Source: Octopus vulgaris
Lineage: Eukaryota
Direction: 5' to 3'
Length of the DNA: 64,000 nucleotides
Assembly: GCA_951406725.2 (NCBI GenBank)
Contig: OX597827.1
Location: forward strand, 34,782,001-34,846,000
Positions 51,836 through 64,000 of this stretch are shown piece after piece (the first letter of the stretch is position 1; every line of letters starts with the position of its first letter). A program made the translations under genes and the position numbers. Under the pieces are notes generated by a model. It had not been told where the DNA came from. It ran no database searches and saw only the letters and a program-made list of their open reading frames with translations.

Positions 51836-54415
51836 GATGTTACTGAGTACACTTTGCAAGAAATCACTTGAGTACTACCAGAATATGTTCCAATAATACA
51901 TAGCCCCCATTTTGATGATAATCAGTACTGTCACTCCAGCATCATCATCATCTAATATTGGCTTGAGATGAAAGCATGTTGTATACTTCTCATAGAAGAA
52001 TTGCAAACTTATTGGCTCCTATAAGCCATGGTGGATTTCTCTGCATTACTGTTACCAGGCTGTCTATAAACATCGGTTTTCCAGGCCTACAACTTTAGTT
52101 GTATGCTCCTCTCCTTGAACATTGCTAATTTCATTGGTTACATTATCATACTTGCTTTTGTTTTTCTGGTGGCATTCATTTGGGCCATATCTGACCCATT
52201 CCACTCTGTGTCTTTTACTTTTCATTTACAGGCTGGTTTCCACCACCTCAGCAGCATTTTCCATCCTTCATTTCACCCCTGTCAACACTACTGGCAGTAA
52301 GTTGGCAGAATCGTTAGTACATTGAATAAAATGCTTAGCAGTATTGGTTTCAGGTTTTTTTTTGACATTTTCAGTTCAAATCCTGCTGAGATCAACATTG
52401 CCTTTCATCTCTTTAGACTTGATAAAATAATGTGTCTATCAAATACTGAGAGTCAATATAACCAACTTGCCCCACCTCTCAAAACTGCTGGCTTTGAACC
52501 TTGCAATGTACCAAGTGTACTTTTGAGAAAGAATATTGTGATCTTGGCCACTTTTACACCTTAGGAACCAGGTCCCAGGACTCAAGGAAAAAATGAAGAA
52601 CACTACTGGAAGGGTCATATGAATAATTGAGCCCATGTAATCACTTGTCATTATATGACAGTGGAATTTTGCTACCTTAAACTCTTCTAATACTAAAAAC
52701 AGCTGGAGTTTTACACACAAGCAATACACAGTTCATTTCCTGTAACACATGGCAGCAGTGTCTCTATCCTTGTTAACTGAATTTTATGCACCTGGAGCAT
52801 GTACACACATCCTCACTCATACATGCACTCCAAGTTTCTCACAATGGCTCAAAACATCTCATGGCATGGGCACAAGATCAAAGAGGAGATTTTTGGACAT
52901 ATTTCATCCATCTCTAATGCTGCTCAATGTAGGGTAGGTTTTTCTGATCACTGCTAGTATATTAAGCATCAGGCCATATGGGATGTTATATTTTGGAAAC
53001 AGCCATGACCTAATAGAGGACAAAGCCCACTGAAGTACATTGATGTCATTAGCAGAGACATACAACATTAAATTGAGTATCTACCGTAACTATTAGAAGA
53101 CAGAGATCTCAGTGTAGTGTGGTAAAATACATCTTGGTTGCAACTATTTGAAAAAGAGGAAGATAATTTAGTAAAGATTCTGACCTTGTTATGGTTAGGG
53201 ATCATTGGTAAAAGTAGAATGGCCTGTGCTGAATACAACTCTCTTACATTGTACATGACTCCTTAGGTAAATGAAAGATGTCAAGGAAACAATAATTAAC
53301 TGTGAACCAGGCTCCATTCAGCAGACTTGAATTTTTGTTCTTGTGTAGAACAGCTAAAGTTGATTGTATTTCTGACCATTCAGAGATTGCTGTGGCTTAA
53401 AGAGCCAATGTTTATCTTTCATTTCTATGCAATAGGCAGGGTCCTGTGGCTAAAAAGTTTGTTTCTAGGTACAGTCCCACTGTATGCCACCTTGGGCAGG
53501 TGATTTTTAGCAAATCATTAATTTGACCTAAGTTTTTGTGAGTAGAATTTTGTTGTTAGAAACCACATGGAAATAGCATGTACACACATCCTCACTCATA
53601 CACACACTCAAATGTATATTCAGACTTGAATCTTAGGAAGTATTGAGCACATTTTTTTAGCATAGTCTTCATTGTTCTTTAACCCAAAGTATTTACAAAT
53701 GAAGACTAAAGCTTTAATAAGTAGGAAACAAGACTGGGAATCCTGTTGTTATTAGGGAAACAGTAGCAATATTCTATGTTGAAAAAGAGCCAGTAGGCAT
53801 TCACTATGGTGTACTTGATGTGCACAAGATTTGTAGTGGAATCACAGGCAGGCTGACAGAGAAAGCAAACTTTGTATCTTGACGCACAAGAGTAGTTAGG
53901 CAGAAAAGCATCAGTAAAATACATTGTTTTCAGTACTTTTAGAAGGCTTCATAGAAGTAGTTGATAACCTTTGTTACCTAGACAACCTAATCAGTAGTGG
54001 AAAGAATAGTAACCAGAAATAAGTCTTTTCTCTTTTATAATCTTGTATGAAAACCATTTAGTCATTCATTTATCCATTCATTCATCTACTTCAGCCCCAC
54101 TCAGTAATATTTCCTTCTCTCCTACTACCAGTCAGTCAAGTACCTTTCAATATAAAATATTTATAATCTCAAGATCATAATGGGGCAAAAGTAGACAAAG
54201 GAAATGCAAGTTGTTTTCTTTGAGGAATATTAAGGTGACAAGCTGGCACAATCATTAGAGCCTTGGGCAAAATGCATAGCTGCTTTTTTCCAGCTCTTTA
54301 TGTTCTGAGTTCAAATCCTGCCAAGGTCAACTTTGCCTTTCATCCCTTTGGGGATTGATAAAATAAAGTATCAATTGAGTACTAGGGTCTTAACCACTAC
54401 GCCTTATGCCCACGG

Positions 54416-54484
54416 GCATATGGCATAGTGGTTGAGAGCGCGGGCCACTAACCCCAAAATTCCAAGTTCAATTCAAGGCGGTGA

Positions 54485-54535
<51 letters not shown>

Positions 54536-54675
54536 TAATAATAATAACATTGAAAATTACCTTAAATATAATTACCCAGTTTTAAAATTTCCCCAAGATG
54601 CCTGATGAAGGCTGGAATGTATATCAGCCAAAACATTGTGTTAACAACAAACAAGATGAGGACAAATATCTGTCA
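54416..54675 (+). mobile_element. tRNA-like head + (AAT)n + tail with decayed minimal hammerhead
   Basis: TGGCATAGTGGTTGAGAGC..AGTTCAATTC head; CTGATGA(54602-08)-A-GGCTG..CAGCC-AAAA-CA-TT-GTG. Confidence 0.5.
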
Positions 54676-56390
54676 TTATGCGAAAGAAACAGCCTCAGTT
54701 AACTGCAAAATAGGACTCCTCTCCCAAAAGAATGTCTCCCTCACAGATAGTCCAACCAGGATCAGTGAAGTACTGAATGACCATTTCAAAAGTATCTTAA
54801 CCACCCTGTTGGAACACAGACAAGTGAACGGACCAGTGGATTTCTTTGCCACCTCACCTTTAACCGGCAAAGCAGTTACGAAGGAATACATCGACATTAG
54901 CGAAGATGATATACTACTAGCCATAGATGAGGTAGATGCAAACTCAACTACTGGTCCTGATGGCTTCCTAGCAATCCTCCTCAAATCGTGTAAGTGTGCC
55001 TTGGTGAAACCTCTACAGATTCTCTTCCAAAGCTTTCTTGCAAATGGCAGGCTACCAAACAAACTGGAGGGAATAATATGCCCAATCCATAAAGGAAGAA
55101 GCAGAGCAGATGCCAAAAACTATAGGCCTATCTTTCTGACTTCACATATCAGCAAAGTCATGGAATGGATAGTCAAAGGGCACCTAGTCACATTTCTTGT
55201 AGAAAACAACTTACTGAGGCTATTGACCAGGTAAGAGCTGCCTAACTCAGCTCTTACAGCACTATGACTGGGTGTTGAGGCAATTAGTCAACAACTCACA
55301 TGTGGATGTAATATACCTTGAGTTTGCAAAAGCTTTCAAGAAAGTGGATCATGATATGATATGCCACAAACTACATGATCTCAGCATGGCTGGAAAACTT
55401 GGAGAGTGGTTACATGACTTTCTGAAAGATAAAAGTCAGGCAGTAGTGGCTAATGGTGCCACCTCTAAGAACACACAAATAGTGAGCAGTGTTCCACAGG
55501 GCACTGTCTTGGGACCACTGCTTTACATAGTGGCCCTCTCAGATATGCCCTCCACTGCCTGGATAGCCACCCTTGCAAGCTACACAGACGATATGAATGT
55601 TTCAGAGAAAATACAGAACCCCAGCAATATTGCACACCTGCAGCAGGAATTGGACTCAATTTACTGATGGGCTGAGGACAATAATATGCAATTTAATGCT
55701 GAAAAATTCCAAGCCCTACACTACCAGCGTCCAAAACTGAATATAAAACTTACAGGGTAAACTGGTCCACTGAGGATTACAATCCCATAGCCTAAATCAG
55801 TGAGGGACCTAGGTGATGATACCTCTTTCCAAGAGCACACTCCAGGATAGCAACAAAGTACAGACTGGATCCTGAGAATGTTCAGAACCAAAGAGAAGGA
55901 AACCATGATGGTCCTCTGGATTACTGCTCCCAGCTATGGTTACCCAACAGTGTAAAATAACAGTGGACCTTGAAGCAATCCAGCAAAGGTTTAGAAAGAT
56001 CTCATTGCAACAGCTTAGCTATTGGGAAAGACTGAAACAGCTAAGACTCGACTCCCTGGAGCAAATGTGGGAGAGATATGCAGTAATATATATTTGGGAG
56101 ATCCTGGAAGGAATTGTGCCAAATTTTGGTATTGAAAGCTACACAAGTTTCTGAACGGGTTGACACTGCACAGTGCCAAAGATCCCAGCAATGACATCTT
56201 TGGCACTTCAGGACCATTTACTGTAACAGCCTGGGTTTCAGGGGACCACAGCTTATTAATATTCTTCCAAAGAGCCTGTGTGGATGTAGGTGTTTTCAAA
56301 ACAAAACTGGACCTCCTTCTGTCGAGAGTCACAGGTGAACCTACTTTGTGGCAAAAAGGTGTAAATGAGGGTAGAAACATCAAACTCCCT
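54676..56390 (+). pseudogene. CR1-group LINE RT fragment (disrupted)
   Basis: GPDG, PIHKG..NYRPI.LTS, DVIYLEFAKAF.KVDH, VPQGTVLGPLL, YTDD, LSYWERLKQLRL. Confidence 0.88.
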
Positions 56391-56394
56391 TATT

Positions 56395-59145
56395 TACCAA
56401 ACGCCACATATTCCTGGATCTACCTCTTCCACAAGTTCCCTCTACTGCTAGGGTGTGACACTTCTTCGCACAGCTGTCCTCATCCATGCACAACATATAA
56501 CCATACCAGCACCATCGTCTCTCTTGCACACCACATCTGATGCTTCTTATGTCCAACTTTTCTCTCAGGGTGCTAACACTCTGCCATTACACATCCAGCG
56601 GAGCGTACTAACTTCATTCCTTACAAGCTTAAGCAAGTCCTCAGCAGTCATGGCCCATGTTTCACTGCCATATAGCATGGCTGTTTGCACACATGCGCCA
56701 TACAGTCTACTTTTAATTCTGAGTGTCACCAGCAGAGGTAGGAGCTCTCTGAACTTTGCCCAGGCTACACTTATTCTAGCAGCTCCACTCTCAGAGCAGC
56801 CACCCCCACTACTGACTTTGTTGCCTAGGTAACGGAAGCTATCAACTATTTCGAGTTTTTCCTCCTGGCATGTGACAGAAGTTGTTTTCTGTGTTTATTG
56901 CCCCTGAGCATTTGCCACACACAAAAACTATCTTCCCAGTTAGCCTTTCTTTGATATTGCTGCACCTCTTATGTGTCCATAGCTTACACTGGGTATATCT
57001 TATGGAGTTTCTACCTATTGCTTTTCTACAGATTGAGCAAAATCATCTACCTGAAGGGATTTGTGGTTTGTCTGTCTTCCTATTTATTAAGACTTTAGTT
57101 TTTACTAGATTGACTCTAAGGCCCTTCGATTCTAGACCTTGCTTCAACATCTGAAACTTCTCCTCTAGTTCTGATAGTGACTCAGCTATTAGAGGAAGGT
57201 CATCAGCATAGAGAGGCTTCTAGGGGCATCCTGTCTTGAATTCCTCAGTTATTGCCTGGAAGACAGTGATGAATAGGAGGGGGCTGAGGACTGATACTTT
57301 GTAGGCCCCTACCCCTACCTGGAATTCTTCACTGTACCCTCACCTTACTGACAGCATCCCTGTACATGGCTTGTGCAGCTCTCACTAACCACTCATCTAT
57401 CCCTAGTTTCCACATTGACCACCAAATCAGGGATCGGGGGACCCTGCTGAAGGCTTTCTCCATTTCAACGAAAGCCAGATGCAGAGGTTTATCTTTGGTT
57501 AGGTATTTCTCCTGCAGTTGTTTTACCAGAAATATAGCATCAGTGATGCTTTTCCCTGGCACAAACCTGAATTGCATCTCATCTAGACTGACTCTCCCCC
57601 AAATTAATTGGGCTATGACCATCTCTGTGACTTTCATTACCTGATCCAACAACTTGATACCTCTATAATTATTTGTATCTAAAGCATCACCTTTACCTTT
57701 GCAGCAGTTGACTATGGTGCTGCTACACCACTCATTGGGTATGACTCCTTCATGCATCATCTGATTGACTATACAGGTGACTAGACTATAGCTGACACTG
57801 TCAGATATTTTAAGTATTTCTGTGATGATTCCTAATGAGCCAGGGGCTTTCCCTGTCTTCATACTCTTAATTGCTTTATCTACCAATGTACTGTCAATTC
57901 AGATAGCTGGCCCCTCTGTTAGGTCGACATTCGGCAGACTCTCTTTCTCCCATTCATTTTCTTTATTGAGCTACCTTTCATAGTGGCATCTCTATGTCTC
58001 TCTCCTTGCAGCCTCATTAAATGCAAGTGAGCCATCATCCATGTGGACACATTTCTCTCCTGATATCACGATTCTCTCTCACACACTGTCTTGCAACACA
58101 AAACACTTCAAGTCTTTGGTCCTCATGATGCAGATCATTGGCAAATTTTTTCTTATCTCCTTCCCTTCTGGCTTCATAAACCTATCTCCAAGCTTCTCTT
58201 CTGGCAATCTGATACAATTCCCTGCTACCACCATTCTTCCATGCATGTTTCTTTCCCCTGATGGCCCTGTCAACTAACTTGTTCGAACACCACATTATCT
58301 TAGGTCAGTAGCCCTCAACAGGTTGTCCCATAGAAACCACCTGTTGTCTTCCACATCATGTGATGCTATATACCCCTCTAATTTGTCAAAAGCTTCGAGT
58401 AATACATCTCTAAATTTCTGTCCACTCACAAGATCCTTAAGCTTCCAGACCCTTCTCCTACATGCTGGCCATCCATTTAGCCCTGATCCTGAAGTCGCTA
58501 ACTACTTGTCTATATTGTGGGGTGAATTCTACACCTGGGAAAGTTTTGGCATTTATACGTAGCCATCTTTCCCATTTCCTGGCAAGGATGTAATCAATTT
58601 GACTAGTGTGTCCATGAGATTGGTAGGGAAATAGGTGACTGGCAGTTTTCCTGAAGTTAGCATTGCAAACCATAAGATCATTTGCATTGCAGAACTCCAG
58701 CAGCCTGGTTCCCTCCTCATTGAGGGAACCAAAACCATAGCCTCCATGGAAGCCCCCTGCATGTTGTCCAACATGCCCACTGAAGACGCCAGCTACAAAG
58801 AGAACGTTCGTGTCATTCATCGATGAGATAGTCTGCAAGAGGGTGTCATAAAATTGGTCTTTCTGTTCATCAGGTTGCCCCAGCTGAGGGGCATAGGCTA
58901 AGATAATGGTTGCTAAACCATGTTGCAGCACTAATCTAATTTTAAGTATTCTATCACAGATTCTGACTACCTCAATTACCTTATCGACCCATTTCTCTGC
59001 AAGAAGCATACCCACACCCAACACCCCATCAGTGTTCCCTGCCCAGAAAATCCTATACCTATGTTCTTTACCTGTGAGGAACCTAGCAGAACATCCTCTC
59101 TACCTTACTTCTTGGATGCAGCACAAAGTTACATGTCTCCATTCA
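56395..59145 (-). pseudogene. RTE-clade LINE (APE + RT + C-terminus, disrupted)
   Basis: GVGMLL, AYAPQ, SQIDYIL (APE); KGKGD..NYRGIKLL, QF.FVPGKS.TDAIF (RT); ACVQTAMLYGSETWA near 56660-56700. Confidence 0.9.
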
Positions 59146-59472
59146 AGCATATGTATATATATATCTATGTATGTATACATATGTATGTGTATATATGTAT
59201 ATATATATATATATAAAGAGGTGAAGACTGAAATCCTTATACTTCATTTACTGTATGTGTATGTGTGTGTATTTATGCATACATATATTTATGTATGTAT
59301 ATTATGTGTGTATATATATATATATGTGTGTGTATGTGTGTATATATATACACATATGTATGTTTAGGTATACTAGCTGGACCAGTGTAAAATTCAGAGA
59401 AATTATAAAAAATGTAAGCATCTGCAAATTATGTGCTGTTGCCATGAGAGATGTTTCTATATTGTGACAGTT

Positions 59473-59665
59473 AAAGGTGACGAGCTGGCAGAAACATTAG
59501 CACACCGGGGGAAATGCTTAACTGTATTTCGTCTGTCTTTACATTCTGAGTTCAAATTCTGCTGAGGTCAACTTTGTCTTTCATCCTTTTGGGGTTGATA
59601 AATTAATACCAGTTACATACAGGGGTCGATCTAATTGACTATCCTTCTCCGCACAAAAATTTCAA
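59473..59665 (+). mobile_element. SINE family C (other older copies ~40300-40500, 52295-52500, 54230-54390, 61395-61590)
   Basis: AAGGTGACGAGCTGGCAGAA..TTCTGAGTTCAAATTC..TTTCATCCTTT.GGGGT. Confidence 0.8.
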
Positions 59666-60839
59666 CAGTGACAGAATATAGAAAGAAGAGTAAAACCTAT
59701 AACCAAAGTATCTCAGTTATGCAAATGTAAACAGAATTACTATTTAGCCTTAAAATACATCGCACATATTCAGAGAACCCCCTTGGTTTAGAGGTACGGA
59801 ATGTTTTTCTCGTGTTCTTTATTCTTTTACTTGTTTCAGTCATTTGACGATGGCCATGCAGGAGCACCACCCCTTGGTTGAAGAAACTGACCCCTGGACT
59901 TATTCCCTGTAAGCCTGATGCTTATTATATCAGTCTCTTTGGCTGAATAGCTAAGTTACAGGGATGCAAACACACCAACACAACATCGGTTGTCAAGCAA
60001 TGGTGGTGGGGGTACACAGATACTTTCATATGTGTGTGTCTTTTAGTTTTTGTTTACTTATACACATTAACAAATAATCCAATTGAACAACTCTGTGTGG
60101 CTATTCAATTTGCTAGAAATAACAACCAAATCTCTCTCATACTATGCTCTTTTTAGTATTAAGGAAAGGGAAAAAATAAAGTATTTTTAATTTTGTTCAG
60201 CTCTATGAATTTAATTTTTTTTAATGCTTTCATCCATTATTTGATACAAGAAAAAAGAAACTGGAAAAGTTCTGACCAAAACAGAGAAATTGTAACTTAA
60301 CAAAAATATAGAAAAAGAAAGAAAAGGTTGTATTTGAAAGCCAAAAGATGTTCTTTAGCTGGGGTGTAATTTTATAATTAAAACAAATTCAAAATTTAAA
60401 TTTCAGAACATAAGACTTAACATGTTATCTGGTGTATGGCCGAATTCAAATGGGTAGAAGACCTAAAACAAATGTGTGTGTGGTTGGACCTTTAATAGCC
60501 AAAAGTCAATTTCAGTTCAATCATAAAAAGGAATTCAATCACTCCTGTTCATTCTCTCTTTCTTTCTCACTTCCTCTCTCCCTTGTTCGACACGCATCAA
60601 ATTTAAGTATCGTAATTTTTCCATTAAGATCGTTGCTGCTTCAGTGGACCAGTAGGCATGGGTGTTGAGAAATAGGTGGTGGTTTTAAATCTTTTCCAGA
60701 AATTACAAGAGATCTAATTAACATTTTTTATTTAAGTAACAAAATTTCTTTCTCTTAAGTGTGACACAGGTGTCAGGTATGTACAAAAAGCAAACTGGTG
60801 TATTAATATTATTGATATATGTTTATGTACGTATGTGTA

Positions 60840-61372
60840 TAGAAAGAAGACTGTCGTATATTTGTGTGTGTATGTCTGTTTGTACTCTCACCCTTGCTTA
60901 TCAACTGATTTTGCTGTGTTTACATCCCCATAACTTAGCAGTTTAGCAAAAGACACTGATAGAATGAGTACTAGGCTTACAAAGAAGAAATCCTGTGGTC
61001 GATTTTTTCAACTAAAGGTGGTGCTCCAGCATGGCTGCGGTCACATGACTGAAACAAGTAAAACAATAAAAAAACTATATCATTTTAATCCTGAGCAAGG
61101 CCAGGTATCTCAGCTAGTAATATATATATATACATATATTAATGATGTATATGCTATTAATATATATGTGTATGCATGTTTGTGTGTATGTTTGTATCTG
61201 TTTGTCTTCTCACTATTGCTTGACAACCGATGTTTACATCCCCATAACTTAGTAGTTTGGCAAAAGAGACCGATAGAATAAGTACTAGGTTTATAAAGAA
61301 TAAGTCCTGGGGTCGATTTGTTTGACTAAAGGCGGTACTCCAGCATGGCTGCAGTCAAACAAATAAAAGAAA
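60840..61372 (+). mobile_element. Two 5'-truncated SINE family A copies
   Basis: Family A 3' halves at ~60840-61070 and ~61200-61372; another minus-strand copy at ~59820-60020. Confidence 0.75.
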
Positions 61373-61788
61373 AGAATATATATATATAAGGAAGGGGTGA
61401 GCTGGCAGAATTGATGGCATACTGGGCAAAATGTTTAGCAGCATTTCAGCCATCTTTCAAATTCTGTTGAGGTCGACTTTCTCTTTCAAGCTTTTGGGGC
61501 TGATAAAATAAGTACCACTTGTGCACTGGAGTCAATATAATTGATTACCTCTCCCCTTAATTTACTGACCTTATGCCAAAATTTGAAACTGATGTGTATA
61601 ACTAAGAGCCAGTTCTCCTCTGAGTCCTATATGCCATAGCTTTAGGACCATCTGCTGTTATTTGACAGGTACTGCTATCCCAGGCCAGGGTGAACTTTGG
61701 AGTAGAGATAACTAAATGGTAACTCTACCCCAACCCACCCAAATTCATGGATTCTTAAAGTACAGCATCACCATCAAATGCAGTTTGA

Positions 61789-62210
61789 CCATTTAGCATC
61801 CAGATTATTGTCAAACGTAATGCTTACCTTTTCACTTTGTTTTGATGTGATCATGCGTTATCTTGTAGTGTCAAGATTAATGTGAGTGCTTATTTTTAGA
61901 TTGACATTGTAGGGTAGGTGTGAGAGGCCTGATCTGGATGGTTTGAACATAAAACAAGCAGGCTATATTGGACTGGTATGGCCAGTTTAACCATTAAGCA
62001 TTTAAACTGGTTATATCTGGTCCAAATATTCTACTTGTTTTATGTTCAAACTGGCCACATCTGGCCTCTCACACCTATCTTACAATGTTATTCTAAAAAT
62101 AAACAATCACATCATCAAAATCTTGAAGTTAGGATATAATGCATGATTAATTCAAACCAGTGTGAATAAATAAGCATTATAAGAATAAGAATAATCTGAA
62201 TGCTAAAGGA
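61789..62210. mobile_element. Two piggyBac-type MITE copies in opposite orientation
   Basis: 61789-61990 and 61991-62210 are reverse-complement relatives joined at TTAA; second ends AATGCTAAAGGA|TTAA. Confidence 0.7.
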
Positions 62211-62455
62211 TTAACGTCTTGATCAAGATAACCTCAAATCACATCTTACAATAAATCCTAGGTACACTGGATCTGATGGGTAAACAAAATGATCAAACTG
62301 GAATGTCTTTTAATTGTAGGTTTGTTCAAGTAGGATTGACAGGGGGGTTAAACAACAACAAAAGATGAAAACATTTACAATAACAAAAGCACATGAAATA
62401 AACTATGGATGTCTGCAATGGAAACTAAATTGGCAGAGAAGTTTGATTATTTTAA

Positions 62456-62643
62456 CCCTTTAGCATTCAAACCGGCCAAAATATTCTACCTGTTTTATGC
62501 TCAAAATGGAGATACCCGGCCTCTCTCACCAACACTACATTATGATTCTAAAAATTAACTGTTACCTCATGCAAACTCCCAGAGTTACAAAATAATGCAT
62601 GATTAATTCATGCTTTTGCCAAAATAATATGAATGTTAAAGGG
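62456..62643. mobile_element. piggyBac-type MITE
   Basis: TTAA|CCCTTTAGCATTCA ... TGAATGTTAAAGGG|TTAA: TTAA TSD and CCC/GGG TIRs. Confidence 0.85.
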
Positions 62644-62768
62644 TTAAAGATATCCTGAATATAACAATTATATCTGTAATTATAGAAAATTAAACTACAT
62701 GTTTGGTAAAGAACAGAACTTCATTGCTATCAGTTTTCTGTGGATTTTGAATGTATAAAATAAATATA

Positions 62769-63156
62769 GGCACAGGAGTGGTTGTGTGGTAAGTAGCTTG
62801 CTAACCAACCACATGGTTCCGGGTTCAGTCCCACTGCGTGGCACCTTGGGCAAGTGTCTTCTACTATAGCCCCGGGTCGACCAATGCTTTGTGAGTGGAT
62901 CTGGTAGACGGAAACTGAAAGAAGCCTGTCGTATATATGTATATATATATATATGTATGTATGTGTTTGTCCCCCTAGCATTGCTTGACAACCGATGCTG
63001 GTGTGTTTACGTCCCTGTCACTTAGTGGTTCGGCAAAAGAGACCGATAGAATAAGTACTGGGCTTACAAAGAATAAGTCCCGGGGTCGATTTGCTCGACT
63101 AAAGGTGGTGCTCCAGCTAGGCCGCAGTCAAATGACTAAAACAAGTAAAAAAGAGT
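62769..63156 (+). mobile_element. SINE family A, full length
   Basis: Matches 21761-22198. Confidence 0.92.
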
Positions 63157-64000
63157 ATGGGAATATTTCCCAGTGTTGCCAGTTGCATAAAGAACGTATA
63201 GTTAAGTGGGGAACAGAATCAAGGTAGTATGCCAAACAATGTTCACTCAATTAAAATTTTACCTATAATAGTAACAAAGGTAGAACAATCATCAGCATTA
63301 ATGATAATTCTTGTCAAGAAAATAAGGGAAATAATTCTGAAATCCTAAGATTTTTGTTCATTGAAGACATTTAATAATACTTAAAAATATCCATAGTTGT
63401 TACCATACTTACCAAAGATAATACTCACTCCCCATAGTATGTTCAAATTTTAATAAATTCAGATTTCAGAGTTATCTCTCTTTTTCATCATAATAATTAT
63501 CATTAATACTAAGGGTGATTTTCTTCATTACAGATATAATTTTAATTCAGTAATATTTATTTTTTATTTTGGTTCCAACAATAAGTATGTCACTCTCAAT
63601 TAATTACTTATTTCCACTGATTACATCCATAGTAAAGTTTTACAAACAGAATTGAAATAGTTGTGAATAAATGATTTTTTAATTAATACTGAAATCTATA
63701 TTGATGAATAGCCAATAAAATGATACACTTAATAGTAATTAAGATGACACATTCAGGTCCTAAATTCCTAAAAACTGAGAATAACAATCATGAGAAACGA
63801 AGGAATTTATAGTTGATTAACACCACCAGATTCTGGTAGGTTGTACTGGAAAACTTGATCCTTGTTAGATGATGGATTCACTTCAGCCAAGTTTGGCATC
63901 ATATGTGCTTTCTCATGACACTGTAGGATTGATTTTTGAGGGAAGACTTTTCCACAGACATTACATTCAAAGATTTTTTTGTTGCCATGTGTGCGTTTAT

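Overview
AT-rich, microsatellite-saturated eukaryotic DNA, most likely a coleoid cephalopod (octopus-type SINEs and repeat landscape; inferred, not verified). The only credible host gene is a single-coding-exon C2H2 zinc-finger gene (35586-36968,+). Most ORF-track entries are microsatellite artefacts. The rest is transposon-derived: three tRNA-derived SINE families, RTE, CR1-group, Tx1/L1 and R4/Dong-like LINE fragments, a mariner remnant, piggyBac-type MITEs and a non-autonomous Helitron. The most interesting signal is non-coding: about a dozen hammerhead-ribozyme (HHR) motifs in small elements inserted at (TA)n tracts. These include a young 5'-truncated Penelope-like element (6572-10142) with an open GIY-YIG endonuclease between ~972-bp near-identical inverted arms, each carrying an intact type I HHR, and a ~490-bp retrozyme-like monomer. 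Two sequence-unrelated elements (2665-2735 +, 12477-12548 -) carry hammerhead core strands in a non-circularly permuted order (cleavage site -> GAAA -> CUGANGA) with fully compensatory helices, i.e. candidate pseudoknotted hammerheads. All coordinates, pairings and identities were read by eye; no searches were run.
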